From: Promethearchaeota archaeon
Lineage (GTDB): Archaea; Asgardarchaeota; Lokiarchaeia; Sigyniarchaeales; SOKP01
Assembly: GCA_016840165.1 (NCBI GenBank)
Contig: JAEOSU010000076.1
Coordinates: 98,664-162,663 of the forward strand
DNA: 64,000 bases
Direction: 5' to 3'
Below the pieces are notes generated by a model. The model ran no database searches. It saw nothing but the letters and a program-made list of their open reading frames with translations, and was not told where the DNA came from. Numbering within the stretch: the first letter of the stretch is position 1; the number at the start of each line of letters is the position of its first letter. Position numbers and translations under genes: made by a program. Of this stretch, positions 8,559 through 19,253 are shown piece by piece.

Positions 8559-9658
8559 GAAAATCGACATTACCTATAGAAAAACTCAAATCAATATCAT
8601 TACGCAAGATACAAAAAAAAGTAAGTGAGATTACGAGTGAGTTTAATAAAGAACATGATAAAGTTATAACTTATTCAAGGAATTTTACAATTTCATTGTC
8701 TAATTACTGTCTAAATCATTGCAGTTATTGTTTTTACAATCATCGGGTGCCTAAAGATCAAGATAATAGAAATACCATATTACTTTCTAATTCTAAATTA
8801 GACTCATTAATTGATAGTGCAAAAAAATTTGATTGTAAAGAAGCACTAATTTTATCTGGGGAAGTACCAGACAGTTTTCAAATTGTAAGAGATGAACTTA
8901 AAGCCAGAGGTTTTGCGTCATTTTTCCGATATTTGGTCACTTTATGCAATAAACTTTTGGATATGAACTTCTTACCTCATACTAATGTGGGGTTAATCTC
9001 TTTTGATTATATGAAAGAATTGAAGAATATTAATGCATCAATGGGATTAATGTTAGAGAGTACGTGCGAAAGATTATCAATGAAAGGAGGAGTTCATGAA
9101 TTTTCTCCTGGAAAGATGCCGGAAAAAAGAATTAGGTTTATTGAAAATGCGGGAAAACTTAAAATTCCGTTCACGACTGGTCTATTATTAGGGATCGGAG
9201 AGGATGAAACAAATAGGATTGAGGATTTATTTTTAATATACGAACTACATAAAAAGTATGGTCATATACAAGAAATTATCTTACAAAATTTCATAGAGAA
9301 GCAGAATATTCAATATCATCCCATTAGGCCTATACCCATAGAAGAAATACTCAGAATAATTGGTATTGCTAAAATAATTATGGGAAATGAAATTGAAATC
9401 CAGGTTCCCCCAAATCTTTTAATGGGTTATGAAAAAGAAGCAATAACAATGGGGATTACTGATTTTGGAGGTATATCGCCAATAACATTAGATTATATCA
9501 ATCCAACTCATCCATGGCCCCAAATCGACTATTTAACAAAAATTTGTAAAAAAGAAGGGTATGAATTGAAAGAAAGATTACCTATTTATGAGAAATTTAT
9601 TAGAAAAGAAGGATTCTGTTCAAAAAAAATTAAAGCTGTAATTAATAAAATAATGTAG
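8555..9658 (+). CDS. cofG: FO synthase subunit CofG (radical SAM)
   Basis: TYSRN, CxxxCxxC, LPHTN, ASMGLMLE, PFTTGLLLGIGE, QVPPNL, DFGGISP. Confidence 0.92.
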   Translation: MRKSTLPIEKLKSISLRKIQKKVSEITSEFNKEHDKVITYSRNFTISLSNYCLNHCSYCFYNHRVPKDQDNRNTILLSNSKLDSLIDSAKKFDCKEALILSGEVPDSFQIVRDELKARGFASFFRYLVTLCNKLLDMNFLPHTNVGLISFDYMKELKNINASMGLMLESTCERLSMKGGVHEFSPGKMPEKRIRFIENAGKLKIPFTTGLLLGIGEDETNRIEDLFLIYELHKKYGHIQEIILQNFIEKQNIQYHPIRPIPIEEILRIIGIAKIIMGNEIEIQVPPNLLMGYEKEAITMGITDFGGISPITLDYINPTHPWPQIDYLTKICKKEGYELKERLPIYEKFIRKEGFCSKKIKAVINKIM

Positions 9659-9664
9659 AGACAT

Positions 9665-10789
9665 ATGGCAGCAGCATATAACCATATTGATAAAAAAGTA
9701 AAGAAAATTCTCAAGAAAGCTGAAAATTCTGAGGAGATAACCAAAGATGAGGCTTTGGAATTATTAAAAGTAACCGGAAATGAATTTTTTGCTCTACAAA
9801 ATACTGCGAATAACCTTTGTTTTCAGAAAAAAAATAATGTGGTAACCTTTGTTATAAATCGTAATATTAATTTTACAAACATTTGTTATCAGGGATGCCG
9901 TTTTTGTTCCTTTAGCGTTCCTAATAAAGAAAAAGATGCTTTTCTTTTAAGCATTGAAGAGATTCATGATAAAACTGTGCAAGCATATCATTCAGGATGT
10001 ACTGAAATATGCATTCAAGGGGGTATAAATCCAGATTTAAATTTTGAATACTATTTAGATATCTTAAGTATTGTTAAAGAAGTTAATAGGAATCTCCATA
10101 TTCATGCCTTTTCTCCCCAGGAAATTTTCTACATGGCGAAATTGCATGGTACTAGCATTGAAGAAACTTTAAAGGAACTTAAGAAAGCTGGATTAGATTC
10201 AGTTCCTGGAACTGCAGCAGAAATTCTTGTTGATAAAGTAAGAAAGATTATTTGTCCAAAGAAAATATCAACCGCACAATGGATTAATATTATAAAGACA
10301 GCCCATAATCTGGACATTCCAACCACTTCAACGATAATGTATGGCCATATTGAGGATCTTATAGATCGTGTAGAGCATTTACACATTTTAAGAGAAATTC
10401 AAAAACAAACTTCTGGGTTCACTGAATTTGTACCACTTCCTTTTGTAAACGAAAATCCCATATTATCTAAATTACCTAACTTTCCCTTAAGACTACATTA
10501 TGGTATGGGAGATCTAAAGTTATTTTGTGTTGCAAGGCTATTTTTTAATAATTATATAGACAATATTCAATGTTCGTGGGTAAAATTAGGTCCTAAGATG
10601 GCTCAGGTTTCGTTAAACTATGGTGTAAATGATTTCTCCGGCACACTGATGGAAGAAAATATATCAAAGTCAGCGGGAGCAGATTATGGAGAGTATTTAT
10701 CACCTCAAGAAATAACATCTATAATAAAAACAGCAGGAAAAAAACCTGCTCAAAGAGATACTTTGTATAAAATTTTAAAATTTTATTAA
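9665..10789 (+). CDS. cofH: FO synthase subunit CofH (radical SAM)
   Basis: NRNINFTNICxxxCxFC, PGTAAEIL, TSTIMYGH, FTEFVPL, NIQCSWVK, GTLMEENI; follows cofG. Confidence 0.92.
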   Translation: MAAAYNHIDKKVKKILKKAENSEEITKDEALELLKVTGNEFFALQNTANNLCFQKKNNVVTFVINRNINFTNICYQGCRFCSFSVPNKEKDAFLLSIEEIHDKTVQAYHSGCTEICIQGGINPDLNFEYYLDILSIVKEVNRNLHIHAFSPQEIFYMAKLHGTSIEETLKELKKAGLDSVPGTAAEILVDKVRKIICPKKISTAQWINIIKTAHNLDIPTTSTIMYGHIEDLIDRVEHLHILREIQKQTSGFTEFVPLPFVNENPILSKLPNFPLRLHYGMGDLKLFCVARLFFNNYIDNIQCSWVKLGPKMAQVSLNYGVNDFSGTLMEENISKSAGADYGEYLSPQEITSIIKTAGKKPAQRDTLYKILKFY

Positions 10790-10802
10790 TTTAGAATTCT
10801 AA

Positions 10803-12680
10803 TCATTTCCTTGCTTGCTCTTGAAGCAGATTTAGAATGAAATGTTGGGTAATTAAGTCAGAACTTATTTTTCCAAGAACGATTCCCTCTTTAACTACAG
10901 GCATTGCTGAAATTTTATATTGCTCAAGTTCTCTGACTATTTCTAGCAAACTCAAGTCGGGAGATGCTGTAATTACATCCTTCGTCATAATATTTTCAAG
11001 ATTAGTAGCACTAATTCCTTCAGCAATAGCTTTCGTTATATCCCAATCTGTTAATACTCCAACGAGTTTCTGATTTGAAAGAACTGCAACTATTCCACTA
11101 TTTTCATTTATCATTAATTCAGCAACTTGTTGCATACTACTTTGAACATCAATAACTGGAATAGTAATCATTATATCTTTTGCTGTTCTCAGACTTTCCT
11201 TTCGAGAAAGGCGTTGAAGGCTTATCTGTTCAGCCGCAGCAGATGGTAACAGGTCCTGATTTGAGGTTAAAATTTCGACTAACTCATTCATGTTATGTTG
11301 AATCACATTTTCTCTATATTCTCCTCCAGCTTCTAATCGTTCCATCGAGAGTTTAGCAAATTCCTTAGCATGATCCTTTAACCATATCTCAACCTTATCT
11401 GGATGTCCTAATAAGTTGTTTGGGATTTGAAGATTATCTGGTGTTTTTATTATATGTTCTTGTGCTGCAAAAATTACTCCTCCAGAATTAACGAGATAAT
11501 CATTCGCAATCATAATTCCTTTTCCTCGATAAACCACTTGCTCCATAACTGTTCTTGCCGCTTTCCTATTGGGATCAGGAGAGTAGGTATTCGCTCCTTC
11601 CACTATTAATGACCAATTTCCAATACGATCGACCGTCATTGAAGGATTATCAATGTTACTTACCCCCAAATAGTTAAATATTGGTGCTGCAGGAACTAAA
11701 CAAAAAGCATTTTCACGAAGTAGGTTATTAGGATTATTTGAATATTTGATTGGATGTTTGTGGCCTTTAGATATAATTTTACTCTTAAAATAATTAAGTG
11801 ATACTCTCTTCTCTTCTACCCATATATCAAATAGTTCTTTAACTGGTAATCCATCCTCATCATAAAGATAGCCCTCTAAATCGCTTATTCCAATTACTTT
11901 CGCCTTTGGAAGACGCTCGGAAAGTATTCTAGCTGCATGGGCTCCCACAGCTCCAAAGCCTTGAATAATCAAGCTCACTTCTTCTGGTTCTGGAACTTCC
12001 AATGTAGAAAATTGGGAAAGCACAGTTAGACGTGGCATTATTTTTAATAAAGTTTGCAAAGCAATTACGACTCCTCCAGCCGCAGCACCAAGCTCATCAA
12101 TTCTATTTCCTCCCATATCTGCAGTTTTAGATACAGCACTATCAATTCCATTTTCAATTGCAATAGTTTTCATATCCATATCATTTGTACCTACATCTGG
12201 ACCGGGTACATATACATTTTTATATCTATTAATTAATCTTGCAAAATGGCGTACAATCTCGGTGTGTTGATCTGGAGGTATATCTCGTTCTGCTATAATT
12301 CCAGACTTACCTCCTCCATAAGGAAGATTGGCTGCTGCATTCTTTAAAGTCATTCCTCTTGCTAGGTTGTATATATCTGAAGGTACTAAATCTGGAAGCA
12401 TTCTAATTCCTCCCATACTAGGTTTGCCCATTGATAAATTATCAACGACTAAATATCCACCTACTTCTAGTTCGGAGTTTTTATCCCATATACAGGCTAC
12501 AAGCTGTGGCCCTAATTTATCACTTATAATCCCAATGCTAGACAGTAAGTTTTCATCAGTTTTAGTAAATTCTAAATAACACAGACCATTTTCTTCGAAA
12601 AGACGGTTTTTAAGGATATTTTTGGGTAGATGTTCTTTTAGAAAACTTTCCATATTTTTAGGAATCATTTTTACCACCAA
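10803..12680 (-). CDS. Glu/Leu/Phe/Val dehydrogenase fused to a C-terminal CBS pair
   Basis: GMTLKNAAANLPYGGGK, GPDVGT, QGFGAVG, EGAN, NSGGV; the last ~125 aa are two CBS repeats. Confidence 0.85.
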   Translation of the reverse strand: MVVKMIPKNMESFLKEHLPKNILKNRLFEENGLCYLEFTKTDENLLSSIGIISDKLGPQLVACIWDKNSELEVGGYLVVDNLSMGKPSMGGIRMLPDLVPSDIYNLARGMTLKNAAANLPYGGGKSGIIAERDIPPDQHTEIVRHFARLINRYKNVYVPGPDVGTNDMDMKTIAIENGIDSAVSKTADMGGNRIDELGAAAGGVVIALQTLLKIMPRLTVLSQFSTLEVPEPEEVSLIIQGFGAVGAHAARILSERLPKAKVIGISDLEGYLYDEDGLPVKELFDIWVEEKRVSLNYFKSKIISKGHKHPIKYSNNPNNLLRENAFCLVPAAPIFNYLGVSNIDNPSMTVDRIGNWSLIVEGANTYSPDPNRKAARTVMEQVVYRGKGIMIANDYLVNSGGVIFAAQEHIIKTPDNLQIPNNLLGHPDKVEIWLKDHAKEFAKLSMERLEAGGEYRENVIQHNMNELVEILTSNQDLLPSAAAEQISLQRLSRKESLRTAKDIMITIPVIDVQSSMQQVAELMINENSGIVAVLSNQKLVGVLTDWDITKAIAEGISATNLENIMTKDVITASPDLSLLEIVRELEQYKISAMPVVKEGIVLGKISSDLITQHFILNLLQEQARK

Positions 12681-12794
12681 AAACGATATTTTATTTAAAA
12701 TATCTATTAACTATTATGAGTCATTTGAATTTAAAATTGATTGGTTAATATATAAGAAAGCTATTAAAAATTAGAATGATTTGAATATGTGATT

Positions 12795-14690
12795 ATGGTT
12801 AATGATGAGAAGAAACTTCTTGTAATTGGTATCGATCAAGCTATTCCCTATCTTCTTAATAAATTCCTAAAAGAGGGATTACTTCCTAATATCGAAAATT
12901 TGGTGAATAATGGGGTCATTGGAGAAGGCTATTCTTGTCCTCCTTGCGATACTCCTACAAATTGGACAACGATAGCTACAGGAGCCACGACAGCGGTTCA
13001 TGGAGTGACAAGCTTTTATATGCATCTTCCTGGTGAGCCTCTTGATTTAGGAATGAAATATCGATCAAGAACACAACTATATAAAAATTGTAAAGCACAA
13101 TATTTATGGAATGTAGCGGATAGCAATGGATATAAGCCTTTTGTTTTGAATTACCCTTCTGGTTGGCCAAATGTATTTAAAAATGGAGTAATGAGCTTAT
13201 TTACTTGGAATATTCCTGAATCCTTACCCAAAATGTTGATTTCAACTGAAATCTATAAGATCGTATCAAACACACAGTCTTATTTAAAAAATGGTGAGAT
13301 CTCAGAATATATTTTTGAAAATATCCAGAGTCTTACCCAAAATCTAAAAATGTCAATTGAAAGTCAAAATGCTTCTTGGAAGAATTTCAAAATTGAGTTG
13401 AATAAGAGTAAGAACCAAATGTATGATTCGATTAAAATTAGTGGAATTGATTCTGGAAAATTTGAGATTGTTAAAGAAAATGAATGGAGCCAATGGTTAA
13501 AGTTAAATGTCAATTCAGAGTTCGGTGTTTTACCGTGTCTTTTTAGAATAAGACCGTTGAAGGTAGAAGAAAATGGCAAATATATTAAATTAGAACGTTC
13601 TGGAATCTATAATACAAAAGGATGGTCAGTACCCGAATCATTTGGGGAAAAAATCGTGAAGAATGTGTTTGAATATGACCTACCGAAGAAAAGGGATGTC
13701 GAATTTATGATTTATGGAAAAATGAAAAATTTTCTAAAGTCAGCTAGAAATGAAAGTTTATCCTTAGTTCAAGCACTTTATTTTGCCAAAAGAGATTTTA
13801 ACTGGAATTTTTGCTTCTTTCACTATCATCCATTAGATACTATTAATCATGACCTTCTGGCGTTATTACATAAAAACTCAACTGTATATAGTGAAGCGAA
13901 AGCAAGCAAGGCACTCAAAAATGTGGAAACCGCATATAAAATCGTCGATGAGATGGTGGGGGAATTGATGAAAAGATGTGTAGATGAAGATACAATTACT
14001 TTATTTATTTCTGATCATGGTGCAATTCCTATTTGGAAAGTAGTTAATATCACTAAAATCTTAACTGAAGCGGGATTAATTACTTATAAATTTATTCATT
14101 CTCAGAAAAAGTATATTATAGATTGGAATAAAACAATGGTATTTCCTTATATGGAGCCTCCCTTTATCTGGGTTAATTTAGAAGGGAGAGATTCTTCAGG
14201 AATTGTTAAGCAAGAAGAATTTGAGAATGTGAGAGACCAAATTATTGAAGTCCTTTCAAACGTAAAAGAACAAAAAACAAATGTAAAGCTGATAGATAAA
14301 GTATTAAAAAAGGAGGACGCGTCAGATTTTGGTTTGAATGGTGAAAGAGTGGGAGATATTGTTTATTTCTTAAATCCTCCTTATGGTGTATTTGATGGCG
14401 ATTTAGATGCCTTAGATGCATCTTCTTTATCTCCAAGTGCATATAATAAACCCATAACTTACAATTCCAAAAGATTTTTTGGAGCGCATGCATACTATAC
14501 TCCGGACACGATTTTTGGAAATTTTTCTGTAAGCGTACCTTTAATAATTAGTGGAAAGGGAATCGCAAGAGGAGTGTCTCTAAATAAAATTATAAAATTA
14601 ACAGATATAGCTCCCACCTTATCACATTTACTTAATATTCCAAAACCTCAGCAGGCACAAGGTAGTATTATTTACGATATCTTAGAATGA
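12795..14690 (+). CDS. Alkaline-phosphatase-superfamily nucleotide pyrophosphatase/phosphodiesterase
   Basis: IGIDQ, TPTNWTTIATG..HG, DTINH, SDHG, DIAPTL motifs. Confidence 0.85.
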   Translation: MVNDEKKLLVIGIDQAIPYLLNKFLKEGLLPNIENLVNNGVIGEGYSCPPCDTPTNWTTIATGATTAVHGVTSFYMHLPGEPLDLGMKYRSRTQLYKNCKAQYLWNVADSNGYKPFVLNYPSGWPNVFKNGVMSLFTWNIPESLPKMLISTEIYKIVSNTQSYLKNGEISEYIFENIQSLTQNLKMSIESQNASWKNFKIELNKSKNQMYDSIKISGIDSGKFEIVKENEWSQWLKLNVNSEFGVLPCLFRIRPLKVEENGKYIKLERSGIYNTKGWSVPESFGEKIVKNVFEYDLPKKRDVEFMIYGKMKNFLKSARNESLSLVQALYFAKRDFNWNFCFFHYHPLDTINHDLLALLHKNSTVYSEAKASKALKNVETAYKIVDEMVGELMKRCVDEDTITLFISDHGAIPIWKVVNITKILTEAGLITYKFIHSQKKYIIDWNKTMVFPYMEPPFIWVNLEGRDSSGIVKQEEFENVRDQIIEVLSNVKEQKTNVKLIDKVLKKEDASDFGLNGERVGDIVYFLNPPYGVFDGDLDALDASSLSPSAYNKPITYNSKRFFGAHAYYTPDTIFGNFSVSVPLIISGKGIARGVSLNKIIKLTDIAPTLSHLLNIPKPQQAQGSIIYDILE

Positions 14691-14692
14691 AT

Positions 14693-16276
14693 TTATTCAT
14701 CTTGAATATATGGTTTATGCATCTCTAGACAGATTTGAGCTCTTTCTAATTCTCTTCCTAAATAGTTAAGATGTTCAAGATTTTGAGTAAGATCTAAGCC
14801 AATAAATTTCTTACATAATGCTTCAGCATTAGTGCCGATGAGAGTTTTTAAGAGTTTATTTTCATTGGAATAAAATTGTAAATATATTTTTTTATCGTAT
14901 TGCTCAACATAGATTCGAAAATAGCCATTTTTATCGGGAGTATAAGGGATATTTTCCGATTTCACATTTAAAACGTTATAAAGATCGATTTTTGGTATCT
15001 TCTGACGGGTCTTTCCTTTTGATCGAAAAACCATAATTCCTTGGTTAATAGGAGGAGATTTTCGATATTGGGCTAAAAAGTTCAATTTCACACTTTCTTT
15101 TAGTTCTGAGATTCCTCCCATTAATTTTACACTGTGCTCTACCGAGAAAAGGATCCCAATTCCTAACTCAATGGCAATACTTGCTAGAAGTCCATTTACT
15201 CCTACTGAATCAATATCCATTAGTTCAACCACATTTGAAATACCAAAGAAAAGAGGTAATTGAAATGATTTATTTTTCTTTTCACCAACCATTTTATTAT
15301 ACAAAAAATAAGACTCTAAAGAATTGCAAATCCCAGGCGATATAGGAGTTTCTAATAGTGGATCCGCAATCAGTTTTTGAAATCCTTTGTCTTGCAAGAT
15401 TTTGGTTAAATTAAATAAATTCTCAACTCTATCCTTTGGATTTCTGGGAAAATAAGCATTCTTAATGTCTGTTGGCAAAATAACTATTGGTATAGTTTTA
15501 GGAATATCTAAAAACTCTTTATAATTACCTAAATCAAAGCTAAGGATCATATCAATATCAGAATTGATAGCGGCCATAATCTCCGATTTATCCATTGAAT
15601 CTATACTGAGTAACACATCAAAATTACGGCGAATAGTATCAATAATATTAGGGATTTTTTCTGGATATACTTTATTTGCCACACATCCAATATCAATAAT
15701 ATCTGCTCCAGATTCAATATAGTGTTTCACCTTCTTAAGAATATTTTTTTCCGTTCTTTCGGTACAATTTACTATTTCTGCAATAATAGGAGGAGGGAGA
15801 TGAGGGGAGATCATTATGTCTGATTTCTTTTTATTTATATAAAACGAAGTAGTACTAATTTCTTTCTCAGCAATTTTTTTTTGTTCCTCTAAAATCGTAT
15901 AATATTCTTTTTCACCAGACATTTCAATCAACTTATTAGCAGGTACTTTTCCTGAAAGCGTTATATTTTCAAGATTCTTGAGAATAAAGGGTAAATCTGA
16001 GGCAAACTCGGGACCTTTTTTTACTTCAACCCCATATTTTTGTTCTAACGATTTTGCATCCCATTGTACAAATCCCGGCAATAAAATTAAATCATAATCA
16101 GAAAGAGATACCTTATTAAGGATGTCCATAACGATATCGTTAGTAAGAAAAGCAGAAATCGTTATTGGTGCTTTAAATACATCTATCTTATATTTTTTAA
16201 TTGGTTTGATTACTTTTGAGATAATAGGAAAACTGCTTGTACCGGTGATGATTAATATGTGCTTATCCAAAATCAC
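14693..16276 (-). CDS. Dihydropteroate-synthase-like protein (archaeal, pterin-binding barrel, DUF4346-like C-terminus)
   Basis: IIAEIV, GADIIDIG, SIDS, ADPLL, PLFFGISNVVELMDIDSVGVN, HLNYLGREL. Confidence 0.85.
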   Translation of the reverse strand: MILDKHILIITGTSSFPIISKVIKPIKKYKIDVFKAPITISAFLTNDIVMDILNKVSLSDYDLILLPGFVQWDAKSLEQKYGVEVKKGPEFASDLPFILKNLENITLSGKVPANKLIEMSGEKEYYTILEEQKKIAEKEISTTSFYINKKKSDIMISPHLPPPIIAEIVNCTERTEKNILKKVKHYIESGADIIDIGCVANKVYPEKIPNIIDTIRRNFDVLLSIDSMDKSEIMAAINSDIDMILSFDLGNYKEFLDIPKTIPIVILPTDIKNAYFPRNPKDRVENLFNLTKILQDKGFQKLIADPLLETPISPGICNSLESYFLYNKMVGEKKNKSFQLPLFFGISNVVELMDIDSVGVNGLLASIAIELGIGILFSVEHSVKLMGGISELKESVKLNFLAQYRKSPPINQGIMVFRSKGKTRQKIPKIDLYNVLNVKSENIPYTPDKNGYFRIYVEQYDKKIYLQFYSNENKLLKTLIGTNAEALCKKFIGLDLTQNLEHLNYLGRELERAQICLEMHKPYIQDE

Positions 16277-17351
16277 TCATCTGTGTTTTATCAAAAGGAA
16301 TATATATATCATCTAATATAGAACCTGTTGCTTCCTTTAATCTTAAATTATCAATAATTGGCTTAAATTCTCCGTCTAATAGACCATTGGCTATGAAAGC
16401 TGCTCCTTGTGCCGCACGCTTTGATAAGTGACTATAGGTCTTCATGAGTCTTACGGGAGCGATATCTTTCAGATTTGAGATTATTATCTCCCTAAGATAT
16501 GCTAAGTTTGCACCTCTCCCCGCTAATAAAATCTCTTGGATATTGGATCTACTGGCAAATGAAGAAGAAATTGCATAAACTGCTTTTTTTACACTTGAAA
16601 TATAGGCTTCAAGAGCAACCCTAGTCTGATCATCTCTTTCAGCCAGAAGCATTATTTCTTCTAAGCTTAGATCTTCATAACCAGCAATATAGGAAACACC
16701 ACCCTTGTAAATATTTTTCTTTTTAATAGTTTTAATAAGATATGCTAATTCACCGTCCAAACTGCCACATGCTTTGAATCCCATAATATTAGAACCACCA
16801 ATTCCATCAATTATTCGTCCTTTTTCAATAGCTAAAACCGCAGTAAACCCATACCCTATTTCTACCATGATAAAATTAGTTTTTTGAGGAGGTATCTGAA
16901 GGCTCTCCATTTGATCCCGAATACCGGTAACAGCTGTACATAGTTTATCTGCGGTCCCCATATCAATTTTATTAATTTTCCTATATCTAGGTATAGTCGG
17001 TAAATGTTTTACTCCAGGAACAATTATTCCAGGGATTTTTTCTGCTTTAATTAGGCGTAAAACCTCCCCTAAACCTATTAATTTTTCTTTCTCATCTTGT
17101 TTAAACTTTAAGAGTGTATAATGAATGTCTCTTTCAGTTAAATCTTCAACATTTTTTAAGGGAAGTCCAAAACCACTAGGGGCCACCATTAAATCAATTT
17201 TTTCAACAGATTTAATTATTGTAATTGCCTTTTGTGGTTCTTTAATTAATTCTTTTGATGGTAAAGAAGTATCGAGAATAATCTCATCATTATTTAATCC
17301 AAAAAAATCCCAGCTCAGTGATCCCGGATCAATTCCTATAACGCGAAACAA
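16263..17351 (-). CDS. DUF1464 family ASKHA-fold protein (butyrate-kinase-like)
   Basis: GIDPGS, APSGFGLP, PGVKHLPTIP..RKINKIDMGTADK, IDGIGG, LDGELAY, AAQGAA. Confidence 0.85.
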   Translation of the reverse strand: MFRVIGIDPGSLSWDFFGLNNDEIILDTSLPSKELIKEPQKAITIIKSVEKIDLMVAPSGFGLPLKNVEDLTERDIHYTLLKFKQDEKEKLIGLGEVLRLIKAEKIPGIIVPGVKHLPTIPRYRKINKIDMGTADKLCTAVTGIRDQMESLQIPPQKTNFIMVEIGYGFTAVLAIEKGRIIDGIGGSNIMGFKACGSLDGELAYLIKTIKKKNIYKGGVSYIAGYEDLSLEEIMLLAERDDQTRVALEAYISSVKKAVYAISSSFASRSNIQEILLAGRGANLAYLREIIISNLKDIAPVRLMKTYSHLSKRAAQGAAFIANGLLDGEFKPIIDNLRLKEATGSILDDIYIPFDKTQMSDFG

Positions 17352-17530
17352 GAGAAATCAGATTTCATTAAAATTGAATATATAATTCTTTTATACTTAT
17401 TAGTTTATAATTATTGCTAAAGATATTATACTGACTTTTAGTTCATAGTGATTAAATATTAATAAACTAAAAAATTCATTTCCAAATAATTTAAAATTGA
17501 ATTAAATCAAATAATATTAAAAAAAGAAAG

Positions 17531-18070
17531 GTGTTCAAAATTACTGTGGTAGATGTTTATGTATGTAAAATTTGTGGAGAAGCATATATTGGAGAGAAGA
17601 TGCCCACGCATTGTCCTTTTTGTGGGGCTCATAAAAAGTATTTAGTGAAAGCCAGAGATTATGATGACACGGGTGCTTGGGAAGTAGATTTAAATGAAAA
17701 AGATAGAATAAACGCAGAGAAAGCTTTAGAAGTTGAAATCTCTAACACTATATTCTACAAATGCGCAAGTCAAAAAACTCCAAGTTTAGAAGGTCAAAAA
17801 TTATTTAAAATATTATCTAAAGTAGAAAATGAACATGCTTCTGTCTGGAAGAAAATTTTAAAATTAGAGAAAATTGAACTTCCAAAATATGATGCGTGTG
17901 CTTCTGAGTACATCCCAAATCTAGAGGAATCTCATTCTCGAGAAGAGAGAGCGATTAATTTTTACAAACAAGCAGCAGTAGAATCTGCGAATCCTCGAGT
18001 GAGAGAAATTTTTCAAGCTTTTGTAGAGGTAGAAACCGATCATCTCCAATTATCTGAAAAAAGACTTTAA
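17531..18070 (+). CDS. Rubrerythrin-like protein (N-terminal rubredoxin + ferritin-like domain)
   Basis: CKICG...CPFCG followed by two E...ExxH di-iron motifs. Confidence 0.85.
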   Translation: MFKITVVDVYVCKICGEAYIGEKMPTHCPFCGAHKKYLVKARDYDDTGAWEVDLNEKDRINAEKALEVEISNTIFYKCASQKTPSLEGQKLFKILSKVENEHASVWKKILKLEKIELPKYDACASEYIPNLEESHSREERAINFYKQAAVESANPRVREIFQAFVEVETDHLQLSEKRL

Positions 18071-18144
18071 TAGAGCTTTTTTATTTTTTTTAGATAATTT
18101 TTAATTAACTGTGAAGGATTTATTTAATTAATTCATTTTTTAAA

Positions 18145-18879
18145 TTGTCGTTATCCATGGAAGTAAAATATCAAAATCTTGGAATCAAAGAAGACTATTT
18201 GTATGAAATATTAGCAACAACTTTTTCTTTCAAGGATAATGACTTAATTCCAAATACTTCATGTATGGGAATAAAAATAATTAATAATACCATAATCATC
18301 AAACCCTATCATAATACTAAAACTTACAAAAATTTAAAAAACAACTCTTTAATTTGTATTAATCTTGTGGAAGATATTTATTTATACGCATTAGCAGCCT
18401 TGAAAGGACCGTTTCTCTCAAAAAGAGATTATACTTTTCTAGAGAAAGATTATGATTATTATAGTCTAAAAAGTAATCAAAAGATCTTTAAGCATCTAAG
18501 AACAAATCAAATTCCTTACCTTAGAGAATCATGGGCAATAATAATCTGCAGAACGAAAAAAGCTGTAGAAATTAATAAAGAGGATATTTTTGGATCAGTC
18601 AATCTTACTGAATTTACTTTAGAGATACTTTCTATACTAAAGTTTAAAGATTCATACAAATTGTATAATAGAGCTGAGAATTTAACTTTGGAAGCACTTA
18701 TTTTAACTACTCGGCTTAAAATTGCTCGTGAAAAAAATGACAATGATCTAATAAATCATTTTCAAAATAAAATTAGAGATATTATTAGCAATATTAAAGA
18801 ATTCAGTAAAAATCCAGATGTATCAAAATCAATTAATCTTATTAAAGAATTTGTTAGGAATTTAAATTTAGAGTTCTAA
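18145..18879 (+). CDS. DUF447 family protein
   Basis: YEILATT...PNTSCMGI, TKTYKNL, YNRA...LEALILTTR pattern; lies in a methanopterin gene neighbourhood. Confidence 0.75.
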   Translation: MSLSMEVKYQNLGIKEDYLYEILATTFSFKDNDLIPNTSCMGIKIINNTIIIKPYHNTKTYKNLKNNSLICINLVEDIYLYALAALKGPFLSKRDYTFLEKDYDYYSLKSNQKIFKHLRTNQIPYLRESWAIIICRTKKAVEINKEDIFGSVNLTEFTLEILSILKFKDSYKLYNRAENLTLEALILTTRLKIAREKNDNDLINHFQNKIRDIISNIKEFSKNPDVSKSINLIKEFVRNLNLEF

Positions 18880-19253
18880 GATATCTTTTCGATATACATA
18901 AGCGGATAGCTTAAATCTTTTATCCATTTTATCGCAGCTTTAATTTTTACTGATTCATATTCCAGATCAATTTCCGCATTAATAATTTCCCCTGATATAT
19001 CATCATAAGCAAATTCAGTTTTTTTATCTCCAATTATCTTATCTTTATTGAGGTGTATTTTTATGTTTTTAACATAAGGTTGGCAAGAAATAGAAGCTTC
19101 AATCCCTTTCTCAATAGATTTTATAATATCTACATTTGAAGATATTGGTAGACCACATAATATATGATAAAGCGCACCCAGCTTTATTCCCACTTCAAAA
19201 CAAGCTCTTTCTCTTTCAGAAAGATTTTTAGGAAAATAGTTATTTATCGACAT
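18876..19253 (-). CDS. mptD: Archaeal dihydroneopterin aldolase
   Basis: RERACFEVGIKLGALYH...G.P, QPYV, LSYPLMYI. Confidence 0.88.
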   Translation of the reverse strand: MSINNYFPKNLSERERACFEVGIKLGALYHILCGLPISSNVDIIKSIEKGIEASISCQPYVKNIKIHLNKDKIIGDKKTEFAYDDISGEIINAEIDLEYESVKIKAAIKWIKDLSYPLMYIEKIS

